NCBI GenBank assembly: GCA_963812155.1
Contig: CAWETW010000003.1
Coordinates: 896,001 to 960,000 of the forward strand
Length of the DNA stretch: 64,000 bases
Source: Vulcanimicrobiota bacterium
GTDB lineage: Bacteria; Vulcanimicrobiota; Vulcanimicrobiia; Vulcanimicrobiales; Vulcanimicrobiaceae
Direction of reading: 5' to 3'
Below, in pieces: positions 1 to 10,586 of the stretch. Made by a program: the position numbers and the translations under genes. Positions within the stretch are counted from its first letter, which is position 1. Each line of letters starts with the position of its first letter. Under the pieces are notes generated by a model. It was not told the origin of the DNA. It searched no databases and saw only the letters and a list, made by a program, of their open reading frames with translations.

Positions 1-1948
1 CGACGTGCGGGCAATGATCGCGCCGGCCGTAGAGGCCCTCGGAGCGCGGTTGACGTCGCCGCCGCTCGGCGCCGTGGAAGAGCGCCGGCGCGGATTGCTC
101 GAGGGGTTCTCGCACGACGAATCGCTGGCGGTTCATCGCGCGCTCGACGCGCTCGCGGCCTTCGTCAAACGGACGGGCGTCGCAGGCGGTTCGCACGCCA
201 ATGGAGCCGGTGCGCTCGGCCGGCCCAATCTCTACCGGCGCCAAGCGTTCATGTCGCTCGACGCGGCGACGCGCAAGCATCTCGAGCTGATTCGCGCGGA
301 AGGGCAGAATCCGCGCGCGACGCTGCTCGCAACGCTCGATCGCTGCGCAACGTCGATGGGTTCGCGCATGCTCGCCCGCTGGATCGTCGCGCCGCTGCTG
401 GATCGCGACGAGTTGACGGCACGCCAGGAGTGCGTCGACGCGTTGATGCAGGAGCACGCGCGCCGGGATGCGTTACGCGACCTACTCAAAGGCTGTTTCG
501 ATCTCGAACGCATTGCGCAGCGCGTGCGTTTCCGACGCGCGACGCCGCGCGATGCAGCCTCGCTCCGCCGGACGCTGGAAGCGCTGCAGCCGCTGCCCAC
601 AATCGCGCCGGCTCGTCTGCGTGAGGCAACCGAACGAATCGCCGACTTCGAAAGCGTCCTCGAGGATCTGCGGCGCACGCTCGTCGACGAGCCGCCCGCG
701 CAACTCGGTGACGGCGGCGCGATCCGTCCGGAGGCCGACGAGGAACTCGCCGAATGCGTGTCGCTTCGAACCGACGCCCGGTCGAAACTCTCCGAACTGG
801 AGGAACGCGAACGCGAGCGCACCGGAATCAAAGGCTTACGCATCAAGTACGCGAGCGCATTCGGCTATGCGATCGAAGTGAGCAAAGCCCACGCCGGCAG
901 CGTGCCCCCCGACTACGTGCGCAAGCAGACGCTGACGACCGGCGAGCGTTACGTCACGCCGGAACTCAAGGAACTGGAGTTGGCAATTGCGACGGCTCAG
1001 TCGCGCCAGCAGCGCCTCGAGCAGCGGCTTTTCGACGAGCTGCTCGACCGCATCGGCGCACGCGCCGACGATCTGCTCGAGGCGGCACGAGCGATCGCCG
1101 AAATCGACGTGTTGGCGTCGCTTGCGTTGTGCGCTGCCGAACGCGGATACGTGCGTCCGGCGTTCGTCGACGAAAGCGCGATTTTCGTGGAAGAAGGTCG
1201 CCACCCGGTGATGGAGGCGCTCGAACCCGCGCGCTTCGTTCCCAACGACGTGGCGCTCCGCGCCGACGGCCACCGTTTTATTCTGTTGACCGGTCCGAAC
1301 ATGGGCGGAAAATCGACGTATCTGCGGCAGATCGGTCTGCTGACGGTGACCGCGCAGATCGGTTCCTTCGTTCCGGCAAAGTCGATGACGCTCGGCCTCG
1401 TCGACCGCATCTTCACGCGTATCGGCGCGGGCGACGATCTTGCATCGGGGCAGTCGACCTTCTACTTGGAGATGGCCGAAGCCGCAAACATCTTGCGCCG
1501 CAGCACCCAGCGCTCGCTGCTGCTGATCGACGAAGTCGGGCGCGGCACCGGGACACTCGACGGCTTGTCGATCGCGCAGGCCATTTGCGAGTTTCTTTTA
1601 GGGTTGGAAAAGCAAGCTCCGATGGTGCTCTTTGCGACGCATTTTCACGAGTTGTGCGCGCTTGCCGAACATTGGCGTCTCGTTTCGAACTACCATATCA
1701 CCGCGGTCGAGAACACCGCGCGCGGAGGCGCGCCCGTCTTTTCTCACCGCGTGCAGCCGGGCAGTTCGTCGCGCTCGTTCGGCATCGAGGTCGCGCGGAT
1801 GGCCGGGTTACCCCTGGCGGTGGTGGATCGCGCGAAAGAAATCGCCGACGCGCTCTCCGGTCAGAGCGATGTCGAAGAACGCGTGCCGCTGCGTAAACCG
1901 ATTTCCAAGCGTGACGCCGGCGAACGCCAGCTCTCGTTTTTGCGCTAG
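1..1948 (+). CDS. mutS: DNA mismatch repair protein MutS (5' part outside window)
   Basis: Motifs LTGPNMGGKSTYLRQ, DRIFTRIGAGDDLASGQSTF, DEVGRGT, LFATHFHEL and SFGIEVARMAG. C-terminal clamp-binding-like QLSFL. Confidence 0.97.
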   Translation, partial: DVRAMIAPAVEALGARLTSPPLGAVEERRRGLLEGFSHDESLAVHRALDALAAFVKRTGVAGGSHANGAGALGRPNLYRRQAFMSLDAATRKHLELIRAEGQNPRATLLATLDRCATSMGSRMLARWIVAPLLDRDELTARQECVDALMQEHARRDALRDLLKGCFDLERIAQRVRFRRATPRDAASLRRTLEALQPLPTIAPARLREATERIADFESVLEDLRRTLVDEPPAQLGDGGAIRPEADEELAECVSLRTDARSKLSELEERERERTGIKGLRIKYASAFGYAIEVSKAHAGSVPPDYVRKQTLTTGERYVTPELKELELAIATAQSRQQRLEQRLFDELLDRIGARADDLLEAARAIAEIDVLASLALCAAERGYVRPAFVDESAIFVEEGRHPVMEALEPARFVPNDVALRADGHRFILLTGPNMGGKSTYLRQIGLLTVTAQIGSFVPAKSMTLGLVDRIFTRIGAGDDLASGQSTFYLEMAEAANILRRSTQRSLLLIDEVGRGTGTLDGLSIAQAICEFLLGLEKQAPMVLFATHFHELCALAEHWRLVSNYHITAVENTARGGAPVFSHRVQPGSSSRSFGIEVARMAGLPLAVVDRAKEIADALSGQSDVEERVPLRKPISKRDAGERQLSFLR

Positions 1949-1968
1949 TGTAGGAGACACGCACTAAC

Positions 1969-3650
1969 ATGAGCGTTCGCATTCTCGACGCGGTGACGAT
2001 CGGGCAAATCGCTGCCGGCGAAGTGATCGAGCGTCCGGCATCGGTGGTGAAAGAACTGGTCGAAAACGCCATCGACGCCGGCGCACGGCGGATCGCCGTT
2101 TCGATCGAGCTGGGAGGCGTGCGGCTCGTCGAAGTCGTTGACGACGGTGGTGGAATTGCGGCGGCGGACCTCGCCTTAGCGGCGCGGCGCCATGCCACCA
2201 GCAAACTGACGGCGGCCTCGGATCTGGATGCGATTGCAACCCTCGGGTTCCGCGGCGAAGGCTTGGCCTCGATCGCGGCCGTCGCGCAACTCGATATCGT
2301 TTCGCGGGAGCCGCGCAGCGACGCCGGATGGCACGTGCGCGCACACGCCGAAACAATCGGCGAACCCGAGCCTGCAGCCGCGCCGCCGGGCACGCGCGTT
2401 CGCGCCGAACGGCTCTTCGAAAACGTGCCCGTGCGCAGAGAGTATCTGCGTTCCGCCGGCGCCGAGTTCGGGCGCATTTCGTCGTGGCTGGCGAGCTTCG
2501 CGCTCGCGTATTCCAACGTCACGTTCGTCCTGCGCCACGACGGCAAAGACGTGTGGACGATGCCCGCGACAAGCGACGTCCGCGAACGTTTGGCGATGGT
2601 CTTCGGGCGCGAAGCGGCGCGTGCGCTGATCCCCATCGACGCATCGGGCGCGCGGTCGCTCACGGGATCGCTGCGGGGATTCATCAGCGCGCCGGGCTCG
2701 GATCGCCCCGACCGGCGGATGCAGACTGCTCTTCGTCAACGGGCGTTTGCTCCGCAGCGCCGTGATGAGTGCGGCGTGGAGTGCGGCGTACGCGACATTT
2801 ACGATGACGGGCCGCTATCCGTACGGAGCCGTCTTTTTGGACTTGCCGCCGGACCACGTCGACGCCAACGTCCACCCTGCCAAGAGCGACGTCCGGTTGC
2901 GCTTCGGCAGTCAAGTCTTCGACGCGGTGCGACGTGCGATGACGGCGACGCTGCAGGCGCATGCGGCGGAGCGTTTTCGCGCAAATGCCGGCGGCGCGCT
3001 CGCCGGCATGCCGGCATTTTCGCCGGCCGGCGGCGGCTTCACGGGCGCTCCGGAGCTGTTCCAAGCGGAATTCGGCGGCACGGATGCGGCGCCGCGCATG
3101 CGCGTTCTCGAACAACTCCATCGCACGCTACATCCTTGCCGCCGACGGCGACGCGCTGCTGCTCGTCGATCAGCACGCCGCGCACGAGCGCATCGCGTAC
3201 GAAAGCATCGTTGCGGCGGCGCACGAAGGGGCGCCGAACGAACCGTTACTCGTGCCGCACGCCATCGAACTCGATGCCGAACGCAGCGCGGCGCTGGAGC
3301 AGAGCCTCGAAGCGTTGCGCGAAGGCGGGTTGGAGGTGGAAGCCTTCGGCGAGCGCAGTTTCCGCGTACTGGCGACACCGGCGGGCTACGGCGCGCGGCC
3401 GTTCGACGTAGACGGATTTCTCGATGACGTGACGGGCGAACCGGGACGGCGCAGCGTGCGCGAACGCGTGTGGGCGTCGTTGGCGTGCCATTCGGTGGTC
3501 GTGGCCGGGGAGCGCCTCGAACCCGACGAGATGACGACGCTCATCGAGCGGCTGCAGCGCTGCCGCAACCCGATGCATTGCCCTCACGGACGGCCGACGA
3601 TGGTGCGGATCGGGCCGGACGAGGTCGCGCGCATGTTCAAGCGTGCCTGA
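1969..3650 (+). CDS. mutL: DNA mismatch repair endonuclease MutL (two apparent +1 frameshifts, ~2725 and ~3128)
   Basis: IAAGEVIERPASVVKELVENAIDAGA and TLGFRGEGLASI, then VDANVHPAKSDV in a second frame, then DQHAAHERIAYE, ACH and CPHGRPT in a third. Confidence 0.95.
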
Positions 3651-4542
3651 CGGCCGGCGCGGCGTTCTCGTTCTTGCCGGCGCGACGGCTTCCGGAAAGA
3701 CCGAACTCGCTATCGAGTTGGCGCGCACCTTCGATGCCGAGATCGTCGGCGCCGATTCGCGGCAGATTTATCGGGGGATGCCGATCGGCACCGCAACGCC
3801 TGTGGCCGCGCAACTCCGGGCCGTGCCCCACCACTGCATCGGGTTTCTCGACCCGTACGAACGCTATTCCGCCGCCCGCTACGTTCGGGATGCGATGGCG
3901 GCCGTCGACGACATTCACGCGCGCGGCAAGCGCGCGATCGTCGCCGGTGGAACGGGATTTTACGTGCGCGCGCTGACCGGCAACGTGGCGCTCGCCGCGC
4001 AGTTCGACGAAACGCTGCGGGCGCGGCTCGCTGCGGAAGCGCGGCAACACCCGCCGGAGTTCTTGCACGCGTGGCTAACGCTGCGCGATCCGGCACGCGC
4101 GACGACGTTAGACGTCCGCGACACGTATCGCGTCGTGCGTGCGTTGGAAGTGGCGCTATCGCGCGCGAGCGTCGAACGCGCGCCGCTGCGTACGCTGGCC
4201 AGCGCAGGAATCGAATGGACCACGCTGTTCCTCGACGTTCCGGTTGCGGAGATTGACAGGCGCATCGCGGCGCGCTGCGAGCGCATGCTGCAAACCGGGC
4301 TGCTCGAGGAGGCGGAGCGGATCGGCGCGCGGGCAGCCGCCGCGACCGCGGTGGGCTACCCGCAGGCTCTCGGCTATCTGCGAGGGTGGTGCACGCGCGA
4401 CGAACTGCGCGCCTCGCTCGAACGCGCGACCAGGCGGTACGCGCGGCGCCAGCGCGCATGGTTTTGTAAGGAACGCGACGCGTTATGGGTGGAACCCAGT
4501 GCCGTGGAACGGCTGGTACGGGAGAAGTTGAGCTGGTCTTAG
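3643..4542 (+). CDS. miaA: tRNA dimethylallyltransferase
   Basis: GATASGKT, ADSRQIYRGMPIGTA, GGTGFY and TRRYARRQRAWF. Canonical position after mutL. Confidence 0.95.
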   Translation: MPDGRRGVLVLAGATASGKTELAIELARTFDAEIVGADSRQIYRGMPIGTATPVAAQLRAVPHHCIGFLDPYERYSAARYVRDAMAAVDDIHARGKRAIVAGGTGFYVRALTGNVALAAQFDETLRARLAAEARQHPPEFLHAWLTLRDPARATTLDVRDTYRVVRALEVALSRASVERAPLRTLASAGIEWTTLFLDVPVAEIDRRIAARCERMLQTGLLEEAERIGARAAAATAVGYPQALGYLRGWCTRDELRASLERATRRYARRQRAWFCKERDALWVEPSAVERLVREKLSWS

Positions 4543-4553
4543 AAGCGGCGCTC

Positions 4554-4794
4554 ATGTCTGCGACCCTGCAAGACACGTTTCTCGCCGAGTGCAAGCGCCA
4601 TGGCTCCGCCGTGACGGTGTATTTGGTAAACGGGTTTCAGTTGCGCGGCGTCGTCAAAGGCTTCGACCCGTTCACGGTGCTGCTCGAATACGAACGAAAG
4701 ACGCACCTCGTCTACAAACACGCGATTTCGACGATCTCGCCGGGATCGAGCGTTACGGTGGACGGCGCGGGAGGAAGACGCGCGCCCCGAGTGA
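4554..4794 (+). CDS. hfq: RNA chaperone Hfq (stop reconstructed by removing one G near 4770)
   Basis: LQDTFL, VTVYLVNGFQLRGVVKGFDPFTVLL and LVYKHAISTI. Follows miaA. The corrected tail DGAEEDARPE* ends in a GTGA overlap with the dapF start. Confidence 0.92.
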
Positions 4795-5568
4795 GTTCGC
4801 GCATCGCGCTGACGAAGATGCACGGCGCGCGCAACGATTTTGTCGTCGTTGACGGTCGCACTCAGTCGCTCGGCGGCCTTTCCGAGTTCGCGGAAATTCG
4901 CGTGCGATCGTCGCGACGGGATCGGCGCCGACGGAGTGATCGTCATCGAATCCTCTTCCGCGGGCGGACTCGCCATGCGTACCGTTAACGCAGACGGCAG
5001 CGAAGCCGAAATGTGCGGTAACGGCGTGCGCTGCGCCGCTCGCTGGCTCGACGAAGCCGGCGAGGGCGATCGCGTCGTTTTTCAGACTCCCGGCGGCACG
5101 GTGCGAACGGAAATCGTCGCACGAGATCCCGCCTACCTCGTCCGGGTAACCATGCCCGTTCCGCGCCTCATTGCGCGCTTCGTTGAGGGACTTTCCGACG
5201 CGGCAATCGTCGACGTTGGGAATCCGCACGTCGTCGTGTTCGGCGCGGGCGAGGACGTCGGCGTCGAGTCGCTGGGGCCGCAGCTTCAGAACGATCCTCG
5301 CTGGCCGGACGGTGTCAACGTACACGCGGCGATCGTCGAAGACGAGCATCGCATGCGCGTGAGACATTGGGAGCGCGGCGCGGGCGCGACACAGGCGTGC
5401 GGCACCGGTGCGGTCGCCGCCGCGTTCGCGGCGATCGAGCGCGGCGCGGCATCGTCGCCGGTGTTCGTGCACGTTCCCGGCGGAACGCTGGTCGTCGAGT
5501 GGGACGGCCGCGAAGCGGTGCTCGTCGGACCTGCCGTTCGCGTGTTCGACACAGCCGTAACGGTATGA
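4791..5568 (+). CDS. dapF: Diaminopimelate epimerase (frameshift ~4893)
   Basis: TKMHGARNDFVVVD, GIGADGVI, NADGSEAEMCGNGVRC, VGNPH and ERGAGATQACGTGA. Confidence 0.93.
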
Positions 5569-5984
5569 GGATGCGGCGCGCGCGGACGGAGGACGCCGAG
5601 CGTATCGGCGACCTCATGCGGCAACTCGGCTACGACGCCGCGGCAAGCGAACTGGCGCGTCGCATCGAGCGGCGCGGTGACGACCGCGCCGTTTTCGTGG
5701 CCGAGGACGAGTCCGGCACACTCGGTTGGGCGGCGGTCTGCGTCGAAGAAGGCTTCGTGGAAGGACGCCAGGCGTGGATCGAAGGTTTCGTCGTCGACCA
5801 AGATTCGCGCGGCCGAGGAATCGGCGGGCAACTGCTCGAGGTCGCCGAAGCCTGGGCGCGCGAACTCGGATGCGGGGCGATGCGGGTTCAGTCGAACGTC
5901 CTGCGCGAACGCGCACACGGCTTCTACCAACTCCACGGGTACGAGAAAATCAAAGCGCAGTTCGCTTTTCGTAAGTCGTTATGA
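5565..5984 (+). CDS. GNAT family N-acetyltransferase
   Basis: Acetyl-CoA motif VVDQDSRGRGIGGQLL and AHGFYQLHGY. ATGA overlap with dapF. Confidence 0.88.
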   Translation: MRMRRARTEDAERIGDLMRQLGYDAAASELARRIERRGDDRAVFVAEDESGTLGWAAVCVEEGFVEGRQAWIEGFVVDQDSRGRGIGGQLLEVAEAWARELGCGAMRVQSNVLRERAHGFYQLHGYEKIKAQFAFRKSL

Positions 5985-7186
5985 TCGCGCTGGCGTACTG
6001 CGACGCTCGGGGACGCATCTACGACGACGCCGCATCAACGCCGCTCGCCGACGGCGGCATTGTGCGCGAACCGGAGGCCGCGGAACTCATTGCGGCACCG
6101 GCGGGCACGGTCGAGATGCTTTTACCCGGCCGCCACCCGCTGACGACGATCGGACCGGCGCGCGAAGGATACGCGCTCGCGGCGGTGCTGCCGGCGGGAT
6201 ACACGCGGCTGCTCGTTCCGGCCTATGCGAAGGAACGCGGCGCGCCCGACTTGCCGCTTTTCGGATACGCGTTTGCGTGTTTCGTCAACGACCGGCTGCA
6301 CGTAGCGGCGGCGAAAACCGACGAAAGCGACGATTGGAAGCCGCGCGCGTTTGCAGCGGGAGAACTCGAATCGCTGATCGAGCAGCGTCTCGAGAGCGAT
6401 CCGGAGAACCGCGTTCTGCGACAAGTCGCGCTTTGCTCGCGCGACTACGGCTGTTTCACGGCGCAGAACGTCTTCTTGCAGCGCGGTGAGGCGGCGCTGC
6501 CGGTCTCGCCGAAATGTAACGCACGCTGTCTGGGATGCATCTCGCAACTCGAGCCGCCGGCGACGGTGCCGTCGCCGCAGGTACGGATCGGGTACGACGC
6601 GAGCGCCGAGGAAATCGCCTCCGTCGCCGTCCAGCATCTCGAGCGCGTTCCCGACGGCATCGTCTCGTTCGGGCAAGGGTGCGAGGGGGAGCCGCTGCTG
6701 CGCTCCACGACGATCGCCGCGGCGATCCGCCTGATTCGCGAACACCGCAGCAACGGCACCATCAATCTCAATACCAACGGCAGCATGCCGGACGCGCTCG
6801 AACGCTGCATCGACGCGGGGCTCGATGCCGTCCGCGTCAGTTTAAACTCGTTCCGGCCGCGCGTTTACGCGGCATACTACCGGCCCATCGGCTACGCGCT
6901 CGACGACGTGCTCGAATCGATCCGTCTGGCGGTGCGGCGAGGATTGCGCGCGAGCCTCAATCTTCTCACGCATCCGGGCGTCACCGATGACGAAGAAGAA
7001 ATGGCGGCTGCCGAAGCGTTCTTGCGCGACGTTCCGGTCGCGATGGTACAGACGCGCACGCTCAACATCGATCCGGAATGGTACTTCGCCGCCGCAGGCC
7101 GTCCGCGGCGGCCGCACGGTATGCGCCGCGCGCTGGAGGCGATTGCGCGGTTGACCGCGGTGGGAAACTTTACGCACACGCATTGA
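5981..7186 (+). CDS. Radical SAM protein of unknown function
   Basis: CxxxCxxC motif CNARCLGC, plus FGQGCEGEPLL, NLNTNGS and VRVSLNS. Confidence 0.9.
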   Translation: MIALAYCDARGRIYDDAASTPLADGGIVREPEAAELIAAPAGTVEMLLPGRHPLTTIGPAREGYALAAVLPAGYTRLLVPAYAKERGAPDLPLFGYAFACFVNDRLHVAAAKTDESDDWKPRAFAAGELESLIEQRLESDPENRVLRQVALCSRDYGCFTAQNVFLQRGEAALPVSPKCNARCLGCISQLEPPATVPSPQVRIGYDASAEEIASVAVQHLERVPDGIVSFGQGCEGEPLLRSTTIAAAIRLIREHRSNGTINLNTNGSMPDALERCIDAGLDAVRVSLNSFRPRVYAAYYRPIGYALDDVLESIRLAVRRGLRASLNLLTHPGVTDDEEEMAAAEAFLRDVPVAMVQTRTLNIDPEWYFAAAGRPRRPHGMRRALEAIARLTAVGNFTHTH

Positions 7187-7215
7187 TCCGCTGGACGTAA
7201 TCGGACTTTTCGAAT

Positions 7216-8310
7216 ATGAAGTTGTGGCATATCCTGGCAATCGTGGGAGCCGGCGTCGCATTCGGGATGCTGCAGCCGGGTCGCTTCACGTACGCGCTCG
7301 GGCACGCCACGCTCTATATCTTTCTCCCACCGTTGCTCTTCGAGGCTTCCTGGAACCTCAGCTTTCGCGCGATACGCCGGCAATGGCCGGCGATCGCGAC
7401 GCTGGCGGGGCCCGGCGTGCTGCTGACGGCTGCGATCGTCGCCGGAGCACTCTCGATCGTGCGCGTGCCGTTCGGTCCCGCGTTTCTGGCCGGAGCGATT
7501 CTTTCGGCAACCGACCCGATTGCGGTCGTAGCCGTTTTTCGCCGGATGCGGGTGCCTCGAACGCTCGCAACGATCGTCGAGTGCGAGTCGCTCTTTAACG
7601 ACGCGGTCGCGGTTGCGCTCTACCGGATCGTTCTCGGCACGCTCGTGGGAGGAGCGCTCGGCACGTTGGGAACGGCGCGAATCGTGCTGCAGACGGCGAC
7701 GGGAGCGGTCGCCGGGATAGCCGTCGGCATCGCGCTGGCCTACGTCGTGGCGCGCGTGCTCCGTCGCACGAACGACGTAACCTTGCAGATCGGCGCGACG
7801 GTAGTCGTCGCGTACGGCGCCTATTTCATCGCCGATGCATTCGCGTTTTCGGGAATCTTTGCGACGATCGCCGGCGGCATCGCTCTACGCTATTACGAGC
7901 GTCGCTGGATCACCCTGAGCATCGCCGACGACGTCAACCGGTTCTGGGACTTGGCGGCCATCGTCGCCAACGTCCTCGTCTTTTTCATGGTCGGCGCGGC
8001 GCTGAAAATGGAGTCGGTTACGCGTGAGCCGGCATTCATCGTCGCGACGTTGATCGCGATCGCCTTGTCGCGCGTCGTCGTTGCCGGACTGCTCCTTCCT
8101 GCAGGCTATCCGCGTGCGTGGATCGGCGTGGTGCGCGTCGCCGGCATACGCGGGGCGCTTTCGTTGGCACTTGCGCTGGCATTGCCGGCGTCGATTCCCT
8201 ACCGTCAGGCGATCGTCGATGCCACGTTTGCGGTGGTGCTCGCAACGCTGTTGGCCGGCGGCTTGACGGTGTCGCGCGTCGTGCGGCGCATCGAGACCGT
8301 CAATGAGTAA
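7216..8310 (+). CDS. CPA1 family Na+(K+)/H+ antiporter
   Basis: FLPPLLFEAS, ILSATDPIAVVAVF, ECESLFNDAVAV and GIRGALSLALAL. Many TM helices. Confidence 0.9.
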   Translation: MKLWHILAIVGAGVAFGMLQPGRFTYALGHATLYIFLPPLLFEASWNLSFRAIRRQWPAIATLAGPGVLLTAAIVAGALSIVRVPFGPAFLAGAILSATDPIAVVAVFRRMRVPRTLATIVECESLFNDAVAVALYRIVLGTLVGGALGTLGTARIVLQTATGAVAGIAVGIALAYVVARVLRRTNDVTLQIGATVVVAYGAYFIADAFAFSGIFATIAGGIALRYYERRWITLSIADDVNRFWDLAAIVANVLVFFMVGAALKMESVTREPAFIVATLIAIALSRVVVAGLLLPAGYPRAWIGVVRVAGIRGALSLALALALPASIPYRQAIVDATFAVVLATLLAGGLTVSRVVRRIETVNE

Positions 8311-9199
8311 GATCTCGGACTTCATCGACACGTCGGCGGCTATCTCCACGAACGCCCAGCCAGCGCGCGATGTTCCGGACGTAGTCTTTAAATATCTCGA
8401 ACCGGGCCGGGTCGCGCTTTATTTCGTCGCCAGGTTGGTCGGTAACAAAACTCGGTGCACCGCGCTCGGTGTCCCAGTTGAGATCGGCAAAGTGATGGAA
8501 GGTCGAAACCGCGACCGCACGTCCCATGACGCCGCCATCGAACGGTTCGCCTTCGACCGCAACGGCGAGATTGAAGGGCCGGCCGGTCACCGTGCTCGTG
8601 CCCGTCGCAACGACGCGAGCAAAGACAGTATCTTCGGGAACACCAACCGCCCCCTCGTGCGGGTGCGCGGGAAAATACTCGATCGCGCTACCATTGGCTT
8701 TCGCGCTTTTCAGGAGCGGGTGTACCGGGCCTAGAGCCGCAATTTTCTGATAATTACCGTTAGCACCGGAGTGGTAGTTGGGGTAGGAAATGTTCGGATT
8801 ATCCTGGTCGTCGTTCTCGGTGCGGCCCGGCTCGAGGTTGTACGTGTGGAAATAGTTAAACTGGCCGAGCGAGCCAAGGTGGCAGAGACACAGTCCAAGA
8901 TCCTGGTGGTCGCGCGCCGTCAAAACGCCTCCGCCCCGCTTGCGGAACTCAATGATGGCATCGCCTTCTGCTTGAGTAAGGCCGCCGCCGGTGTCGACGG
9001 CCATCAACCATAGCTGATCGAAGTCGGAGTCAGGCAGTCGCATGACCAAACGGTCGTTGCCGTCTGCATCCAGCTCTTCGTTTCGCGCAACTACCTCATG
9101 ATCGTCTGCGATGAGTGTTTCGCGTAAAAGGGAAAAGCGCGAAACATTCCAGTCGTCCGCGACGAACGGAATGGTCGTTTGTATCAAAATTCTCGGCAT
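8300..9199 (-). CDS. Conserved-looking hypothetical protein (possible class I glutamine amidotransferase/ThuA-like fold)
   Basis: 299-aa ORF with normal composition, SD-like GAGGA upstream, and motifs RKRGGGVLTARDHQDLG, HPHEGAV and STFHHFAD. Confidence 0.7.
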   Translation of the reverse strand: MPRILIQTTIPFVADDWNVSRFSLLRETLIADDHEVVARNEELDADGNDRLVMRLPDSDFDQLWLMAVDTGGGLTQAEGDAIIEFRKRGGGVLTARDHQDLGLCLCHLGSLGQFNYFHTYNLEPGRTENDDQDNPNISYPNYHSGANGNYQKIAALGPVHPLLKSAKANGSAIEYFPAHPHEGAVGVPEDTVFARVVATGTSTVTGRPFNLAVAVEGEPFDGGVMGRAVAVSTFHHFADLNWDTERGAPSFVTDQPGDEIKRDPARFEIFKDYVRNIARWLGVRGDSRRRVDEVRDLTH

Positions 9200-9300
9200 T
9201 TGTCACCATCCTCGCTGGGAACATCCATGATGCACGAACTTGGCCGCGCTGAAACGTCGTGGCGACGTCTTGGCGAAGAATAAGTCGAACGCATCCGTCC

Positions 9301-9507
9301 CTAGAGGGGAACGGCCGGAAGAAGGGCGACGCCGGTTGCGTACCCCGACGGCGAGAGCCCCGTCGTGGTTGAACGCGAACTGGTAGGGCAGGCTGTCGGT
9401 TTGAGCGAGGGAAACGCCCCGGAAGGGCGTGACGTTTTCACCCGAGCAGCCGGCCACCGCGACGACGGCGCTCCCGAGCGCAAAGTGGGAAGAGGTAAAA
9501 AGCGCAT
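9301..9507 (-). pseudogene. Remnant or mini lipoprotein gene
   Basis: Strong SD (AGGAAGG) before ATG. One-base corrections in T and G runs give MRFFTSSHFALGSAVVAVAGCSGENVTP (lipobox VAGC) ... PYQFAFNHDGALAVGYATGVALL*. Confidence 0.45.
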
Positions 9508-9571
9508 CGACGGCTACCCTTCCTTCCTGTGCTACTCCGACTATAACCCAGCCAAGTGAGGTCTGCAGGAA

Positions 9572-10546
9572 GTGATAGAAAGAGCTCTTTTGTCGGCACT
9601 GATTGCGTTCTTGCCGGCCGAGGTGGTCGCGCAGGTCCCGCAACCGGAACCGTCGCCGACCCAGGCCGCGCCTGCGCCGCAGCCGTCACCCGGACCGGCG
9701 GCAGCCTCAAGGGAAGTCGATACGAGCAAACTGACACCCGAACAGCAGGCGAAACTCCAGCAAGCGATCATCAAAATCTCGCAGAACCCGGTTGGGAACA
9801 TCGCGATAGTGCCATTCCAGAATAACTTTAACTATGGCGTCGGTCCCTACACGAGGTACCAATATAACCTTAACGTCCAACCCGTCGTGCCGTTCATGCT
9901 GAGCAAGAACATGAACCTGGTTGCGCGGACGATTATTCCGCTGATCGACAATCCTTCGTTCGCGCCGCCGCAGGTCTGTGCGACCGCCGGCTGCCCGTGG
10001 ACCTTCGGCATCGGCGATATCCAAGAGCAACTCTATTTTGCGCCGAAGACCAAACCCGGAGGGCTGATTTGGGGAGCGGGACCGATCTTCCAGTTTCCGT
10101 CGGCATCGCCGGGATCGCTCGGGGCGGGGAAATGGGCGGTGGGGCCCGCGGCTGCCGGCTTGATCATGCCGGGGAACATCGTCACCGGTATGCTCGTCAC
10201 GCAGCTCTGGTCGTTTGCAGGCCAAGCAAATCGTCCGAGCATCAGCAGCGCACTGTTTCAGCCGTTTTTCAACTATAACTTGAAGGGCGGCTGGGCCATT
10301 TCCACCGCACCGATCATCACGGCGAACTGGGTCGCCGCGCAGAATAAATGGGCGGTTCCGTTGGGCGGCGGCCTCGCCCGGACGTTTAAAGCCGGCGATC
10401 AGCTAATGCAGCTGAGCGTATTCTACTATACGTACGTGACGCGACCGATTACCAATCCTCAGACGAATCTGAAGGTGGTATGGAGCCTGCTCTACCCGGT
10501 CAAGCGCGGCATCGACATTCAAGAGTTGATCAAAGAAAACCAATAA
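9572..10546 (+). CDS. Putative outer-membrane beta-barrel/transporter protein
   Basis: Signal peptide, Pro-rich linker, then QNPVGNI, LNVQPVVPF, FGIGDI, WGAGPIFQFP and QPFFNYNL with alternating aromatic strands. Confidence 0.7.
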   Translation: MIERALLSALIAFLPAEVVAQVPQPEPSPTQAAPAPQPSPGPAAASREVDTSKLTPEQQAKLQQAIIKISQNPVGNIAIVPFQNNFNYGVGPYTRYQYNLNVQPVVPFMLSKNMNLVARTIIPLIDNPSFAPPQVCATAGCPWTFGIGDIQEQLYFAPKTKPGGLIWGAGPIFQFPSASPGSLGAGKWAVGPAAAGLIMPGNIVTGMLVTQLWSFAGQANRPSISSALFQPFFNYNLKGGWAISTAPIITANWVAAQNKWAVPLGGGLARTFKAGDQLMQLSVFYYTYVTRPITNPQTNLKVVWSLLYPVKRGIDIQELIKENQ

Positions 10547-10586
10547 AATGCGGCGCGGCGGTGCTTCCACTGCCCGCCGGTATCGA

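Noticed and set aside
4485..4988. Apparent Hfq-DapF fusion ORF
   Set aside because: Removing one G near 4770 gives an acidic Hfq tail ending in TGA that overlaps the dapF GTG, a typical coupling. Most likely an indel artefact.
9310..9530. Possible large structured ncRNA (SRP/6S/RNase P-like pairings, CCGGAAGG)
   Set aside because: Key conserved motifs are missing, and the minus strand is better explained as a lipoprotein remnant. GC-rich pairings arise easily by chance.
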